Below are positions 49,501-59,922 of a stretch of 64,000 nucleotides of DNA, one piece after another. Under the pieces are notes generated by a model that searched no databases, had not been told where the DNA came from, and was given only the letters and a program-made list of their open reading frames with translations. Both the position numbers and the translations under genes were made by a program. Within the stretch, counting starts at the first letter, position 1, and each line of letters opens with the position of its first letter. Origin of the DNA: a virus (Duplodnaviria > Caudoviricetes); IMG/VR virus record IMGVR_UViG_3300004241_000001, positions 51,415 through 115,414 of that record; one strand, given 5' to 3'.

Positions 49501-50621
49501 TCTTGTGAGTTTTCTTTTTTGTCTATGTCTTTATTGTAGAATCCTTCATAAGTAAGCATTCTTAAATATTGATATGCCATCTCATTTCGGTCTATTATAC
49601 TGATCGGTACATTTGCCTCTTTGTAGAATTGAATAAATCTTGGTTCGTTTTTATCGAAAGGATAAAGCATTAGCAAGTCATTATGTTTTGGTTTTATATC
49701 AAACTCTTCGACTTTTGATTCAATTACATCATTGCCATATATTATCTCTTCGTATATTTTTTCTTGGTCTGGATCTCCAACAAAATGATACTTTAGAAAC
49801 ATTTCTTTTGTTTCTTGGTCAGACATAAACCAAAAGTCTTTCGTGCTAAATACAAATCTTGTCTTTACTTTTGAAACCTTTGCATCTGCGTCATCTGATT
49901 GTTCAATTCCATCTACTTCAGCATTAACCTCGGCTTGTGTTGGCATATTAATATTTGATTTAAAGTTAATTCCAAGTAATGTTTCTTGAACTTCTGCGTC
50001 AGATTGTTTTAGATAATGGCTATCGTGTCCAAGGCTCGTTTTAAGTTCATATTTTTTTGCAAGAGAGTAAAGCATTTGATTTAGATGAATTTGTTCAGGC
50101 ATTGAGTTTGGTTGAAGTTCTACAAACACATCATCCTTTCCAAAGATATTTATAAGTCTTTCAAGATGTTTCTGAGCCAATCCAATATCAGTTTTGCCTT
50201 GCATTAAGAATTGAGCAACTGGGCCGGCAAAGCAAGCTGTAGTACAAAGCAACCCTTCTCTATATTTATCAAGTAAATCAAATGTTATAAGTGGAACCCG
50301 ATAAAAATTATCATATGCTTCTCTATTTATTTTAAGAAGATTAAGCCATCCTTGATGGTTTTTTGCTATTACGATAAGATGCGCTCTTTCTTTTAAATCT
50401 GGAGCGTCATCTCTCATTTTCATATAAAATTCAACACCAAAGATAGGTTTAATACCATTCTTTTTGCATTCCTCATAAAGAAGCAATGAAGAACCCATTT
50501 GACCATGATCAGTTATACAGACTGATGTATCTCCAAATTCTTTTGCTTTTAAAACAATATCTTCAACACGGCTCAGACCATCTTTAAAAGAGAAATCTGA
50601 ATGGTTATGATATCTTATCAT
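46557..50621 (-). CDS. dnaE: DNA polymerase III alpha subunit with intein
   Basis: PHP HNHSDFS/TDHG/DSHY, PGRG|SASGS, PDVDID, HASG, YTFNKSHA; likely start MIRYH behind an AGGAG RBS. Confidence 0.95.
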   Translation of the reverse strand: MIRYHNHSDFSFKDGLSRVEDIVLKAKEFGDTSVCITDHGQMGSSLLLYEECKKNGIKPIFGVEFYMKMRDDAPDLKERAHLIVIAKNHQGWLNLLKINREAYDNFYRVPLITFDLLDKYREGLLCTTACFAGPVAQFLMQGKTDIGLAQKHLERLINIFGKDDVFVELQPNSMPEQIHLNQMLYSLAKKYELKTSLGHDSHYLKQSDAEVQETLLGINFKSNINMPTQAEVNAEVDGIEQSDDADAKVSKVKTRFVFSTKDFWFMSDQETKEMFLKYHFVGDPDQEKIYEEIIYGNDVIESKVEEFDIKPKHNDLLMLYPFDKNEPRFIQFYKEANVPISIIDRNEMAYQYLRMLTYEGFYNKDIDKKENSQEYIERIRHELSEIKEAEIVDYLLMVWDILNFCNISKVPTGPGRGCLSGNTRVFVWDRVMDRDIVPISLIGCFCQNSFVSIANVKVGDTVVTETGKFRKVLRTFEYPVNERLIRFTLEGQHKIIRHGEFTFDHKIAIQYGKPMGDTPKFEWVEAKKVKVGDWVYAPCMSRSYFFQVKEIEIISGIKKVYDLEVEEEHSYLTDFGIVHNSASGSLVAYLVGIHSVDPLQYGLLWERFYNAGRKGSMPDVDIDLSQKDRHKVIEYLKQKYGEKNTGHICNYTYFSPKNTFKYIMKFYGFEFDELNKAIAGINALNYDENEAKDRNLSRDAALINELIKHPNVQEIINKSPYKDKIIRDCMSIVGGVANMSVHASGIVITAKPLTDLCPVMIREKNKDMQTAMWDMAMLDSCGFLKIDLLGVEVLDVIDDCLKLIKKRKGIDIDWKNLPLDDESALKIFQRGDTTGVFQFDYGKELQRWAFKFKPKDFADICALTALARPGAKEFLEVYQQNRGKDESHIVAPDIDALKVLKDTNYVVAYQEQQMALSRVLCGFSLKEADNLRKIIAKKKIDKLEEMRLKFVNGYIKQHSDKMSEESAATKANDVWNEYFASCSYTFNKSHAVAYSVTSYATAWLKAHYPIEFMCSVLNHNNNGKRDELTPYILETIRMGLKFEPPSWKHVCYDFEIDNNDVIHAGLSSIKGVSEADYNTIKNFGINEALLRELNKNKYEALVNCGFMDGFGESNRNEKIANIQRYRDWMSQREQYETRKEKDAIKLKEYETKMGKYKQDMELYQVKITEYNKYMQENPDGKKRKPVAPKQPSYPKIKQEPEKELLKVTLEDIPYKEKVAIETELLGYSFSDEKFKYMPFLLTATIRKTKDMDKYEENEIGCLYGRISEIQKTKKEFSERAKFKVIIDGDDGLSVSCDYKVIDANQDLIKKGNKCVVHVKIKQFVLENSHIVKYREAMCAETLETAYNRWLKQNS
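48882..49370 (-). mobile_element. 163-aa mini-intein in DnaE (no endonuclease)
   Basis: Starts CLSGNT after PGRG; block B FTFDH, block F VYDLEV; ends VHN followed by +1 Ser. Confidence 0.92.
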
Positions 50622-50672
50622 TCTATGTCTCCTTATTGGTGGCAACCTCCATGTTACCACCATATTTATTAA

Positions 50673-51086
50673 CTAAATGCCATATGAACCAGAATCTTGT
50701 GGAGGCTGCGGTGGTTGATTATTCTGTTGATATCCACTATTATTTTTTCTTGCTTGCTGTCTTGTGTCATATGTTGAATCACCAGAATAAAATTCTCTTG
50801 GATCGCCATTATTAAACGATGAAAGTATTTTATTTTCAACAGCCTCTTTTGAAGATTTATTATCGATATAGACTAAGTTGTTATACTTTCTTGCATTGGT
50901 TTTTTTGTCTTCATACGATTCCGATGGCCATGATATAAACCAGTTATTATTTTTGCTTGAAAACATTATACTGCCATGAATTTGTAACACGTTATTAAAT
51001 TCTACCATGAATTTGTAAAACTTCTTTTCTTGTCCAAGAACCCTAAATTTTATTGTCGTGATAAATAATCCTGAAGTGTTACTCAT
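50673..51086 (-). CDS. SpoVG-like nucleic-acid-binding protein with SSB-like tail
   Basis: VEFNNVLQIHG, FISWPS, KEAVENKIL; Q/P/N-rich tail. Confidence 0.6.
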   Translation of the reverse strand: MSNTSGLFITTIKFRVLGQEKKFYKFMVEFNNVLQIHGSIMFSSKNNNWFISWPSESYEDKKTNARKYNNLVYIDNKSSKEAVENKILSSFNNGDPREFYSGDSTYDTRQQARKNNSGYQQNNQPPQPPQDSGSYGI

Positions 51087-51630
51087 TATTACTCCATCTC
51101 CTTTTCATTCTGTTTAATTTGCTCCTGAATTGTTTGTAAATTGCCTTTTAACATATGGTTTAACATTTCCTTTTTAAGTTTTTCTTCTCTTTCTTCTTGA
51201 TCAAATACTGCTTTTATTATGTCTTTAAGAGTCTCTTCACAGCATAAGTTTTTTAAACTATTTTTGTATAATTTTGTTTCTGTTCCGATTCCATTTACAA
51301 GATCAATATTTGTCTCTATTAATCCATTTTTTATTTGTATTGATATAGAGCGTGATTCGTTATATTCTCTAAAAGTTTTTATAAAATCATTTGCCATTTG
51401 TTCTGATTTGGAAACTTTTTTGTTTTCGCAACCGCTATTGTTGCATTTGCATTTGTGATTTGCTTTTGGTTTATCGTTTTGTGGTTTTGATTCAGTAACT
51501 TTAGATTTTAACTCTCCTGATTTTTTAAGTTTTTCATAGCAGGTTGCACAATAAAGATTTCCTTCGACATTTACTCTAAACTTTTTGTTTAAACTTCTTT
51601 TACAATGAAAACATTTTTCTGACATTAACA

Positions 51631-52983
51631 TCACCCTTTCTTAAATTTTGGAGGTTCATTTTGCTTCCATGGAGGCAAAAATCCTGGCTCACATGAAGTA
51701 AATTTCTGTTTATTTCTTATGAATTTTATATATTTTCTAAAAGCCGTTCCGCTTCTTTCTTTCTTTGCAAGGAATTCAATATGATATTCATTTACCATTT
51801 CGTTCTCGCAAAGTTTAGGATCATGCCATAGAAAGAATACTCTATCAGCATTTTGAGATAAAGCCGAGCCACCTTTCATATCTTGAAGTTCTGGCTCTCT
51901 CTTTACTACTTTGTCCTGAATCATTTTTGTATCGTCTTTATACTTAAATTGGACGATTAAAATTACCATTATATTTAGCTTCATTGCTAATTGCTTAAGC
52001 CCTCTTGTAATGATTTCAACCAGTTTAACGCTTGACGGATCTTCCATCATAAGCTGAAGATAATCTATCGCAAAGACTTTAACTCCCATTGCCGCAAGTT
52101 TTCTCATCTTCGTCTTTATTGCTCCATAATCGAATACGTCATCGACAATGAAGAATGAGTTTTTTCTTTTAGCAAAATTCTTTAAAAAATCATCAACTTC
52201 TTTTTCCTGTTCTTTATTCATTCTCTTATTTATTATATCTGTGCAAGTAACATTTTCACAGTCAGCGCCGGCAAGTCTCGTTAACAGCTTTGATCTTTTC
52301 ATTTCCATTTCAAATAAAGCAACTTTAGTTTTTTGGCTCTTTGAAAAGTTATCTAATATTTGCAATACGAATGCCGTTTTGCCAAGTCCAGTTTCCGCAG
52401 ATATAACAACTAAGTCAGTATATTGGAAACCTCCATCAAGAGACGAATCAATAGGCTCAATTCCACATTTAAGCATGCCATTATCTTGTCCATACTCAGT
52501 CCAAAATTCGCTTCGATATTCTTCGACATTTGATGTTTTTTCATCAATATTTTCTTCCGAAAGAATTGCAAATGATTTTATTAATATTTCTCTCGTATCT
52601 TGAAGAGATTTTGATTTTGCTATCTTTAATGGAAGAGACCTTCTGGCATATTCAGTTTTAAAAGCAACTCCAATATTATCGATTACGCGAATTATATCTT
52701 TTTTATCTATCTTTTTATTTATTGTATATGATAAATCGCTAAATATATCTTGAACGGCTGTTTCTATTGGAGCAACGCCACGTTCAATAATAAAATCTTT
52801 AATTATTTTTCCTGCTTCTGAATCTGAAACATGCTCTGGATTAAGTCTATCTTGAATTATCGAAACTAATTCAGGGAACCGGATGGCAAGAGAAAGAAGA
52901 TCGAGTTCTGTTCGCCTTTGTGAATCGGCTGAACCCATATCCTCCTGTATATCAGGAACATTTTCTTTTTCCTTGCCAACCAT
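51631..52983 (-). CDS. dnaB: Replicative DnaB helicase
   Basis: GLGKTAF, FEMEM, IDYLQLM, LKQLA, P.LQDMKGG..L.QNAD. Confidence 0.92.
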   Translation of the reverse strand: MVGKEKENVPDIQEDMGSADSQRRTELDLLSLAIRFPELVSIIQDRLNPEHVSDSEAGKIIKDFIIERGVAPIETAVQDIFSDLSYTINKKIDKKDIIRVIDNIGVAFKTEYARRSLPLKIAKSKSLQDTREILIKSFAILSEENIDEKTSNVEEYRSEFWTEYGQDNGMLKCGIEPIDSSLDGGFQYTDLVVISAETGLGKTAFVLQILDNFSKSQKTKVALFEMEMKRSKLLTRLAGADCENVTCTDIINKRMNKEQEKEVDDFLKNFAKRKNSFFIVDDVFDYGAIKTKMRKLAAMGVKVFAIDYLQLMMEDPSSVKLVEIITRGLKQLAMKLNIMVILIVQFKYKDDTKMIQDKVVKREPELQDMKGGSALSQNADRVFFLWHDPKLCENEMVNEYHIEFLAKKERSGTAFRKYIKFIRNKQKFTSCEPGFLPPWKQNEPPKFKKG

Positions 52984-52999
52984 TTATTACTTCACTTCC

Positions 53000-54013
53000 T
53001 TAAAACATATTATATTTGCCGACTTCTTTTTTGTCAGGATTATTTAACGCTTTATGCATATTCCCAATCCATACATCAGCAGGGCCAGCTCCAGGTTGAC
53101 CACCATTCTTAAAGAATTCACAGATGTAATTTGCAAGCCTTAAGACTTCATCAATCTGCTCGATTGTCATTGAAGCTGGATCAACTCTTTCTTTTGAATT
53201 ACATACGAATTTAACGATTTCCTGCATACCTGCCTTGCCGCTTGGTTTTCCGAATTTAGGGCTTGCCTCGATATCCAACGCGAACCATTCATTCTGAGAA
53301 ATCATCCCGGGAAGTTTTTCAAGTCTTACTTTCTTTTCAGTCATTAATTGTTCTTCGGCTGTTTTCTGTGGAGCTGGTTGTTGTTTCTGGGGCTGTGCTG
53401 GCTGAGGTTCTGGTTTCTTTTGTTGTGGTTGAGCAGTCTGACTTGGAACAACATTTTGTCTTTGTTCAGGTTGTTGGCTTGTTTGGGTTTGTGGTCTTCC
53501 CGAAGCAATATTGCCATCATCGTCTTCCTGAGCAACATTAGCTAAGGCTGCAAGTGCATATCTTCTTATATAAGTTATAGTTGCACCTATCGTTTGTGGT
53601 TTTATTTGAGTAATTGGAATTACAATAATTTCTCCGTCTTTTCCCTTTATAGTTTCTACAGGAAACATTTCTAATGTCGATCCTATTGATTCTCCAGACG
53701 AATGTGAAAGAATAGTTGTAACTCCAACTTTACCGTCTGGTAATTCAAACGGATGTTGCGTTATTGCTATATTATTTTTTGCGAATTCTTTTGTAACCTC
53801 AATAACTGTTGCCAAATCTGCATATTTTGATCGAAAAAAAGCATTATTAGTATTCTTTAATACCTTTTCAAGATTTAATTGAGATATCGCTATCGCCTCT
53901 GAAATTTTACCGATTGTTGGAGTCATAAAAAGACTTTCTGTAACTTTTGCAAATGGCGAAATCAATTCTTTTACCTCTTGGATATTCTGTAAGGGCTGAT
54001 TATTTGTCTCCAT
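53000..54013 (-). CDS. ERF-family ssDNA annealing protein
   Basis: SKYADL, H.SGE, GATITYIRRYAL...EDDDGN. Confidence 0.92.
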   Translation of the reverse strand: METNNQPLQNIQEVKELISPFAKVTESLFMTPTIGKISEAIAISQLNLEKVLKNTNNAFFRSKYADLATVIEVTKEFAKNNIAITQHPFELPDGKVGVTTILSHSSGESIGSTLEMFPVETIKGKDGEIIVIPITQIKPQTIGATITYIRRYALAALANVAQEDDDGNIASGRPQTQTSQQPEQRQNVVPSQTAQPQQKKPEPQPAQPQKQQPAPQKTAEEQLMTEKKVRLEKLPGMISQNEWFALDIEASPKFGKPSGKAGMQEIVKFVCNSKERVDPASMTIEQIDEVLRLANYICEFFKNGGQPGAGPADVWIGNMHKALNNPDKKEVGKYNMF

Positions 54014-54224
54014 TTTCCTGCTCCTTTTTTATTTGTAATTCATTTTCGTGTAATTTAATATATTCCATCATAGCTTCCGCAACGGCTTTTGCCAAGGTTC
54101 TATGTCCTCGCATAATACCGATGGATCTAAATTTTTTCATATTTGCTTCTGAAATTTTACAAGAAATGCTTGTGTTTGAAATGGCTTCGTCATCAATAGG
54201 GTTGTTATCACTGATTTCTGGCAT
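54000..54224 (-). CDS. Ribbon-helix-helix-like regulator
   Basis: TSISCKISEANMKKFR..TLAKAVAEAM; GGAGG RBS; TTTACT-17-TAGCAT upstream. Confidence 0.55.
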   Translation of the reverse strand: MPEISDNNPIDDEAISNTSISCKISEANMKKFRSIGIMRGHRTLAKAVAEAMMEYIKLHENELQIKKEQENGDK

Positions 54225-54943
54225 CTTTCTCCTCCTTATGTGAAAATATATGCTATCAAAAAATAAAAAATAAGTAAACACATTTTTAGAATTTATAAAA
54301 TATGTTTAATTTTTAATCAGTAATTTCCGACAGATTATTATAGTCTGTATTATTAGTATTATTAGTATTATTTACAAATACTCCAAGATTATTTTTTAAG
54401 TCAGATGTAAATATCTTTTGCTCAGGTAAGGTAAGCTGTCTTAAGTTTTCTAATTTTATTTCATTCCCATCTTTGAACGCCGTTATAACTTCAAGTTTTT
54501 TGTTGTCATGTGATAGAATAACTCTTTCAAGTTCTGCCTTGCCCTCCTCTCCAACAATAACAACTTTTACTTCTTTATTCTTAACCGGGTCGAAATCAGA
54601 TTCAATATCTTCCTTTGAAATTTTTAACTTATATTGTCCATCATCCTTTCCAAAATAGTATTCAAGTTGATCAGCCGTTTTACTACTTGTTCCTTTCATC
54701 TTAACATTAAATGAGAAGTCAACATTTCCAGATACTTCAATTCTCAACGCAGACTTTAATCCTTTCTGCAATGAATTAAGATTCCAACAGTGCTTTGCAA
54801 AATATTCAGCATTCAACTGATTCTTAATTTTTACACATTGTTCGATCTTCGCAAAGACTTTTTCTTGCGCCCATAAATTGAATGGAATCTTACAGATGAT
54901 TGTAACTTTTATTGGTATTGGCGGCATATTTCACCTTCCTTTA

Positions 54944-55549
54944 TTAATAACTTAATGGTAAAACTACTAACTGATTAGAGTCCTCGTCCTCTATTATAAT
55001 TGGGCGATGAGTTATTATTTTACTTTCCGATAAAATAAAAAGATCATAATTATCATAAACTTTAATAGTAAGAGTATTTCCAAGGTAAGACATAAGTTTA
55101 AAATGGTCTTTTGTGAAGTTTAATGTTGTATCTCTTGAGTAAGAAGCATCACAAAGTCTTATTCCATTTATATTGAAATAATTATTAATTATTTCAAATT
55201 TTACTTGGCTTGTTTCAAATTTTATCTGTCCAATTTCTTTTTTTGTTCCTGTCTCGATAGCTGATATAATTTTTTCTTTATCTATATGAAATGAAAGATT
55301 TAAATATTCATGTTCTGGTATTATTTCTTTTGCCATTACTGGAGTAAAATTTGATTCTTTTTTATATAATAATTCACCAGTTTTATTATCATATATTCCA
55401 TCTAAAAGATCAGTTTTAATTTTAGCCATAATTTTCCCACTCGTTGAATATAAGAATCCATCTTTTGAAAAAGATTCTTTATATTTATTATCAATTATAT
55501 GTGGAAAATCTTTAATAAAATTCTTAAAATCTTTTCTATTTTTTATCAT
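54944..55549 (-). CDS. Possible degenerate sliding-clamp-like protein
   Basis: LYSTSGKIMA resembles the clamp ATDGHRL motif; ends VVLPL. Confidence 0.3.
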   Translation of the reverse strand: MIKNRKDFKNFIKDFPHIIDNKYKESFSKDGFLYSTSGKIMAKIKTDLLDGIYDNKTGELLYKKESNFTPVMAKEIIPEHEYLNLSFHIDKEKIISAIETGTKKEIGQIKFETSQVKFEIINNYFNINGIRLCDASYSRDTTLNFTKDHFKLMSYLGNTLTIKVYDNYDLFILSESKIITHRPIIIEDEDSNQLVVLPLSY

Positions 55550-55934
55550 TTATGTCACCGTCATTTCTTCTTTTTATATTTTGGATTTTTTAATAAATTT
55601 TACGCCGGCTTCTTTTAATTTTTTAGTTAATTCATCTACTGGCATTTTATCGATTTCTTCAATAAGCTCTCTTAATGGAGTTTTTTCTTTATTTCTTTTA
55701 TATATTTCATCTAACACCTCATCAATCATCTTTTTTGTCTCTTCTGGCTTTTCTTTTAAAAGGTCTAATAATGATTCTTTTTGAAGCTGAACGCCTTCTA
55801 AATAGTATTGTTCTATAATTTTTTCGCTATCAAGGGGAACTTCTTTATAAAAATTATCAACTTTTTTACAATACCATTCGGCAATATTGCGATTGCTAAA
55901 GGCATTTTCATGATTTACAAAGTAGTATATCGTT

Positions 55935-56525
55935 TTATTCATTGCCATCTCCTATTGCCTTTATCATTTTATCAAGGCATTTCTTTTTTGATTTCCTTAT
56001 ATCTTTGAATGGAATTTTAAGAACAAGTTTACAAGTAACATATCCACTATCGTCTGGCTTATCATCCTTGTTAGAATATCTATTTTCTTCTTTTGGTTGT
56101 GGAGTTTTATTAAAACCAGTATAAAATTCGAGAACATTTTCGTCAAGATTAATTATATAAGCATATTCGCAAAATAAAGAATCATGAATGAAATCTTTGC
56201 TATCTATCATATGATCAACGTCTCCAAGATATACAAATGGATTTCCTTGAGTTTTTCTTAATAAACAATACCAATCTTTAGCCGTTTGCGTATTTACGTT
56301 TAGGTTAAGATATTTTGAATATCTTTCAATATTATTTTTAGATGGTTTTTTATTTTCATTTACCATGACAACTTTATTGAAAACGACGTTTAATGTTTTG
56401 TTGCAAGTTTTATTAATAAATTTAAGAATGTCATTACCTAATCCTTGAGGATAACTGTCGTAGTGGTTATACGCCGCTTTTGTAATACCACCTTTATAAA
56501 ATCCCCATAAACCTCTTGTACCCAT
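55935..56525 (-). CDS. Conserved phage hypothetical protein
   Basis: MGTRG, YNHYDSYP.GLG, EYAYIINLD. Confidence 0.55.
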   Translation of the reverse strand: MGTRGLWGFYKGGITKAAYNHYDSYPQGLGNDILKFINKTCNKTLNVVFNKVVMVNENKKPSKNNIERYSKYLNLNVNTQTAKDWYCLLRKTQGNPFVYLGDVDHMIDSKDFIHDSLFCEYAYIINLDENVLEFYTGFNKTPQPKEENRYSNKDDKPDDSGYVTCKLVLKIPFKDIRKSKKKCLDKMIKAIGDGNE

Positions 56526-56749
56526 TTTATTTCCTCCTTTATAGCCATTTTTTAGTTACCGGATTATAACATCCTCTTAAATTCCAAAAATTTTGAACAC
56601 ATAATTTTATACATGCTCCACATCCAAGTTCTTTTATAACTTTATCATTTTCTAAGTATTCACAATCGTTTTCTTTTGTGCAATTTCTTTTTAAATCTTT
56701 ATCTTTTAGACCTTCTATAATATTTCTTTTTAAATATTTGAAACATTGC

Positions 56750-57223
56750 TTATAGCTTTGTCTTTTCATAATCCTCCTTAAAATTAATAATAGACTTAAA
56801 AGAATATCCAAAATCTAATATTTGTGTATCATCCATTTTATCTATCAATTCTATAAGTTGCTCTTCTAATTTTATTTGTTTTGCCGCGAGCCGCAAGAAT
56901 TTAACAGAATATTTTCTTTTTGAAAATATAAACATAACGCCGCCATATTTTTTGTTGAATTCTCTTTTGTCGCCGCTATGATAATGATAACAGTCCGACA
57001 TCGAATTGAATTCGCCTTCTTGATATTTCTGTATGATTTTATTTACTTCTTCATTTGTAGGCCCGTCAGCCCATCTTATGTCGATGCTATCGCCGCCGGC
57101 GAAGCTACTTGATTTAATAGAAAATTTTGTTTTTGGAAAAAGTTCTTTTAGTTCAATTTTTATATTTTTAGTTGCTAAAATTCTATCTTTAATATCTTTT
57201 GTTTTTTCAATTAATTTTGCCAT
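56750..57223 (-). CDS. LPD29-domain protein
   Basis: LKELFPKTKFSI, SIDIRWADGP, GEFNSMSD. Confidence 0.7.
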   Translation of the reverse strand: MAKLIEKTKDIKDRILATKNIKIELKELFPKTKFSIKSSSFAGGDSIDIRWADGPTNEEVNKIIQKYQEGEFNSMSDCYHYHSGDKREFNKKYGGVMFIFSKRKYSVKFLRLAAKQIKLEEQLIELIDKMDDTQILDFGYSFKSIINFKEDYEKTKL

Positions 57224-57275
57224 AATTACCTCCGTTAATAATTTAACATGACTAATTTACTCATGTTACAAAAAC

Positions 57276-57522
57276 TTATCCACAAAGTTATCAACAGGTT
57301 ATCCACAGTTTTATTTTCTTCTAATGCTATATGGTTCTAAGCAAAGTTAGTTCTATCCCCATTATCCACAGGCTCTAGTGCTGATAAGCAGTGTGAAAAG
57401 AGGTACTATGAAGTACATATTTAATTTATCAGATAAGACAACGGTTTTCAGAGAGTAATTCCGAGTATCTAAATCAGGTATTTTAAAAACCATTAATTTT
57501 AAAGAGTTTTAGCTGTAGATAA
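57276..57522. promoter_or_regulatory. DnaA-box cluster, candidate replication origin
   Basis: TTATCCACA at 57276, 57299 and 57362; TTATCAACA at 57288; CTATCCCCA at 57353; inverted TTATCTACA at 57514-57522; in a ~300-bp non-coding gap. Confidence 0.8.
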
Positions 57523-58191
57523 CTTTTGATTAACAATGAATACTTAGAATAAGCATTCCTACAAAGTCTTCCATCATTTTATGATGATCAATCATATCCT
57601 TTATTTCTTCTGGAGAGTATTCGCCATAAGTATCATCAGTTATACAGCTTGAACCATAATGAGGAACTCCTGCCAATGAAGCATATTTGTAATAGTTATA
57701 AAGATATTCAGAATGTTTATCGTTTCTTTCTTTTGCTTTATTTGCTATATTTTCACTACAAGAGATATCACTATTTACTGATTCATAAACCTCTTTTAAT
57801 TCTTCTAAGAATCTTGGACTATCACGATAAATACAGTCTATATCAGTATCAATAGGGTCGTAGTAATCTCCAACTTTATTTGTTAGATCATTTATATTTT
57901 CTGCATTCTTAAAATTTTCTTTATCTTTAATATTTCTTATCAGAATAATACATTTGACTTTTCCCATGTTTCCCTCCAATTTATATTCTTCCGAATTTAA
58001 AAATCCTTTTTATTTCTTGTTCATCGTCTTCATTATATTCATATATCTTGTAGTATCCGTTGTCCTCAAACCCATGTTCCTTTATGTCATTTTTTATTGC
58101 ATATAGTGCTTTATATATCGTTATTCCATCGGCTATAGGATATTCTATATTATCATTGTTTATCCAAGTAACATCATATAAAATCATACTA

Positions 58192-58546
58192 TTATTCCCC
58201 CCCTTCTTCTCGAGGAAACATATTTTACTCCGCCAAATAGATCATTAAACATCGACAGTTTATGGGTATAAGTATCGTTTCTTCCATCAAACTCTCCATA
58301 TTGATATTTTTCTATTATCTTTCTAACTTATTCTACCTGTGGGCCGTATTCCCAAGACACATCTATTACGTCACCATTCGCAAATGTCCTTGATTTAATG
58401 GAAAACTTTACGTCAGGGAACGTCTGTTTTAATTCTATTCTTATATTCTTTGTTGCAATTATTCTTGGTTTATCTTTTATATTTTTAACAGGTATTAAGT
58501 TTGGATATACGCTTATAAGTCTTTCTTTTTCTTCAATTATGTTCAT
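58192..58546 (-). pseudogene. LPD29 paralog with an in-frame TAA at 58328-58330
   Basis: Similarity to 56750-57223 continues past the stop: VRKIIEKYQYGEFDG...FGGVKY. Confidence 0.85.
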
Positions 58547-58566
58547 TATTTTCCTCCGTATTAGAT

Positions 58567-59085
58567 TTATCGTTGAATTTCAGCTTCATCATAGAATATT
58601 GTATCTTTGCTAATAAAATCTTGAAGTTCTTCAGATATGTTGTAAAAGTTTTCTTTATCTATAAAATCATAATATTCTTCTGAAGTCCTCTCTCCATTTG
58701 TATATTCTGTTATTCCACCGAACGCACATCCAGATTCCCAAAAAATAATCCTTAAATTACAGTTGTATATTTTTGATAATTCTTTTGCTACCCCCTCTGC
58801 TGGAGACCAGGCGGTATCAAAGTTTATTCCGTCTCCAAATATATCGTTGATAAAACCATCCCATTTAGTTTCCCAATTCTTTACCCTAAAATCATATTCT
58901 TTACCAGATAAAACTTTTGGATCTTTATCTTTTAATTCAATCGGAACGGGGATTATCTTGTCAAACAAAAACATATCTCTTCCGATTTCATCATTGTTCA
59001 ATTGCCCTACAAATTTTGTTTTAATATCTTGGATTATATCTTCTCTACCTGGAATTATAATTAAATTTTCACACCAATTTGGCAT
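58567..59085 (-). CDS. DUF1281/YubB ferredoxin-like protein
   Basis: MPNWCEN, NWETKW, FDTAWSP. Confidence 0.8.
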   Translation of the reverse strand: MPNWCENLIIIPGREDIIQDIKTKFVGQLNNDEIGRDMFLFDKIIPVPIELKDKDPKVLSGKEYDFRVKNWETKWDGFINDIFGDGINFDTAWSPAEGVAKELSKIYNCNLRIIFWESGCAFGGITEYTNGERTSEEYYDFIDKENFYNISEELQDFISKDTIFYDEAEIQR

Positions 59086-59673
59086 ATTATTTCTCCTTTA
59101 TACATTTTCTAAAAAGATTTCTTTGTATCTTTCTTCTTCTGTTGACCTCGTATAAAAAGCATTTTTAGAGTCTTCCATTTTATCAAGTTCTTTCTTTAGC
59201 CTTTTTATCACATTCGTTTTTCGTGGATCAGAACTGTCTTTAAGGCATTTTATTTCTTCTTCTATTGTTTTTATTCTGTCTATAAAATCCTTTTGCTCTA
59301 TTTCTTTATCATTTGTTAGTATTTGTGATTCATTACATTTTTTAAATACGACATATTGTTTTTTATTGCATTTATAGCACATAAAAATTATTACCACTTT
59401 ATCATCAGAAAAACGTTGTATAGAGTTTGATGTTGCCATAGGATGTAAATTAAGACATTCAAAACTATGTTTCATATCTCCTCCAATATTTCTACTTCTT
59501 CAATTTTAAAAGTTACATTGTAAACGCATCCACATCTATAACATTTAAATTTTTCTATTATATATTTATTATTAATATGTTCCCTTACTCCTGTTGGAAG
59601 TCCATTTTTAGGCCCACATTTAGGGCAATCGTTTGTTAATTCTTTTTTTACTCATGTGTTTCCCTCATTTTAT

Positions 59674-59922
59674 TTACAAAATATTCATTTGTATTATTTT
59701 TAAAACATCTTTAAATCTATCAGGACTTATTTTTGCAAGCATATCCATATTATTTTCAAGAGATAGATAAAAACAATCTACTAAAACAGATAAATCTACT
59801 TCTACTTCTTGATATATTCTAAGAATTTTTTAGGATTTCTTTTACAAAACCATTCTGCCATCTCTTTATTAGAAAATACAGTTGCAGTTCCATTTTCATA
59901 AACTACAAAAAACTTTCATCAT
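59674..59922 (-). pseudogene. Doubly frameshifted paralog of 55574-55948 and 59932-60138
   Basis: Correcting the runs at 59907-59912 and 59826-59831 gives MMKVFVVYENGTATVFSNKEMAEWFC..YQEVEVD. Confidence 0.65.

Noticed and set aside
54347-54372. Short tandem repeat (TATTATTAG)n
   Set aside because: In-frame NNT low-complexity tail of a protein; no sign of a separate function.
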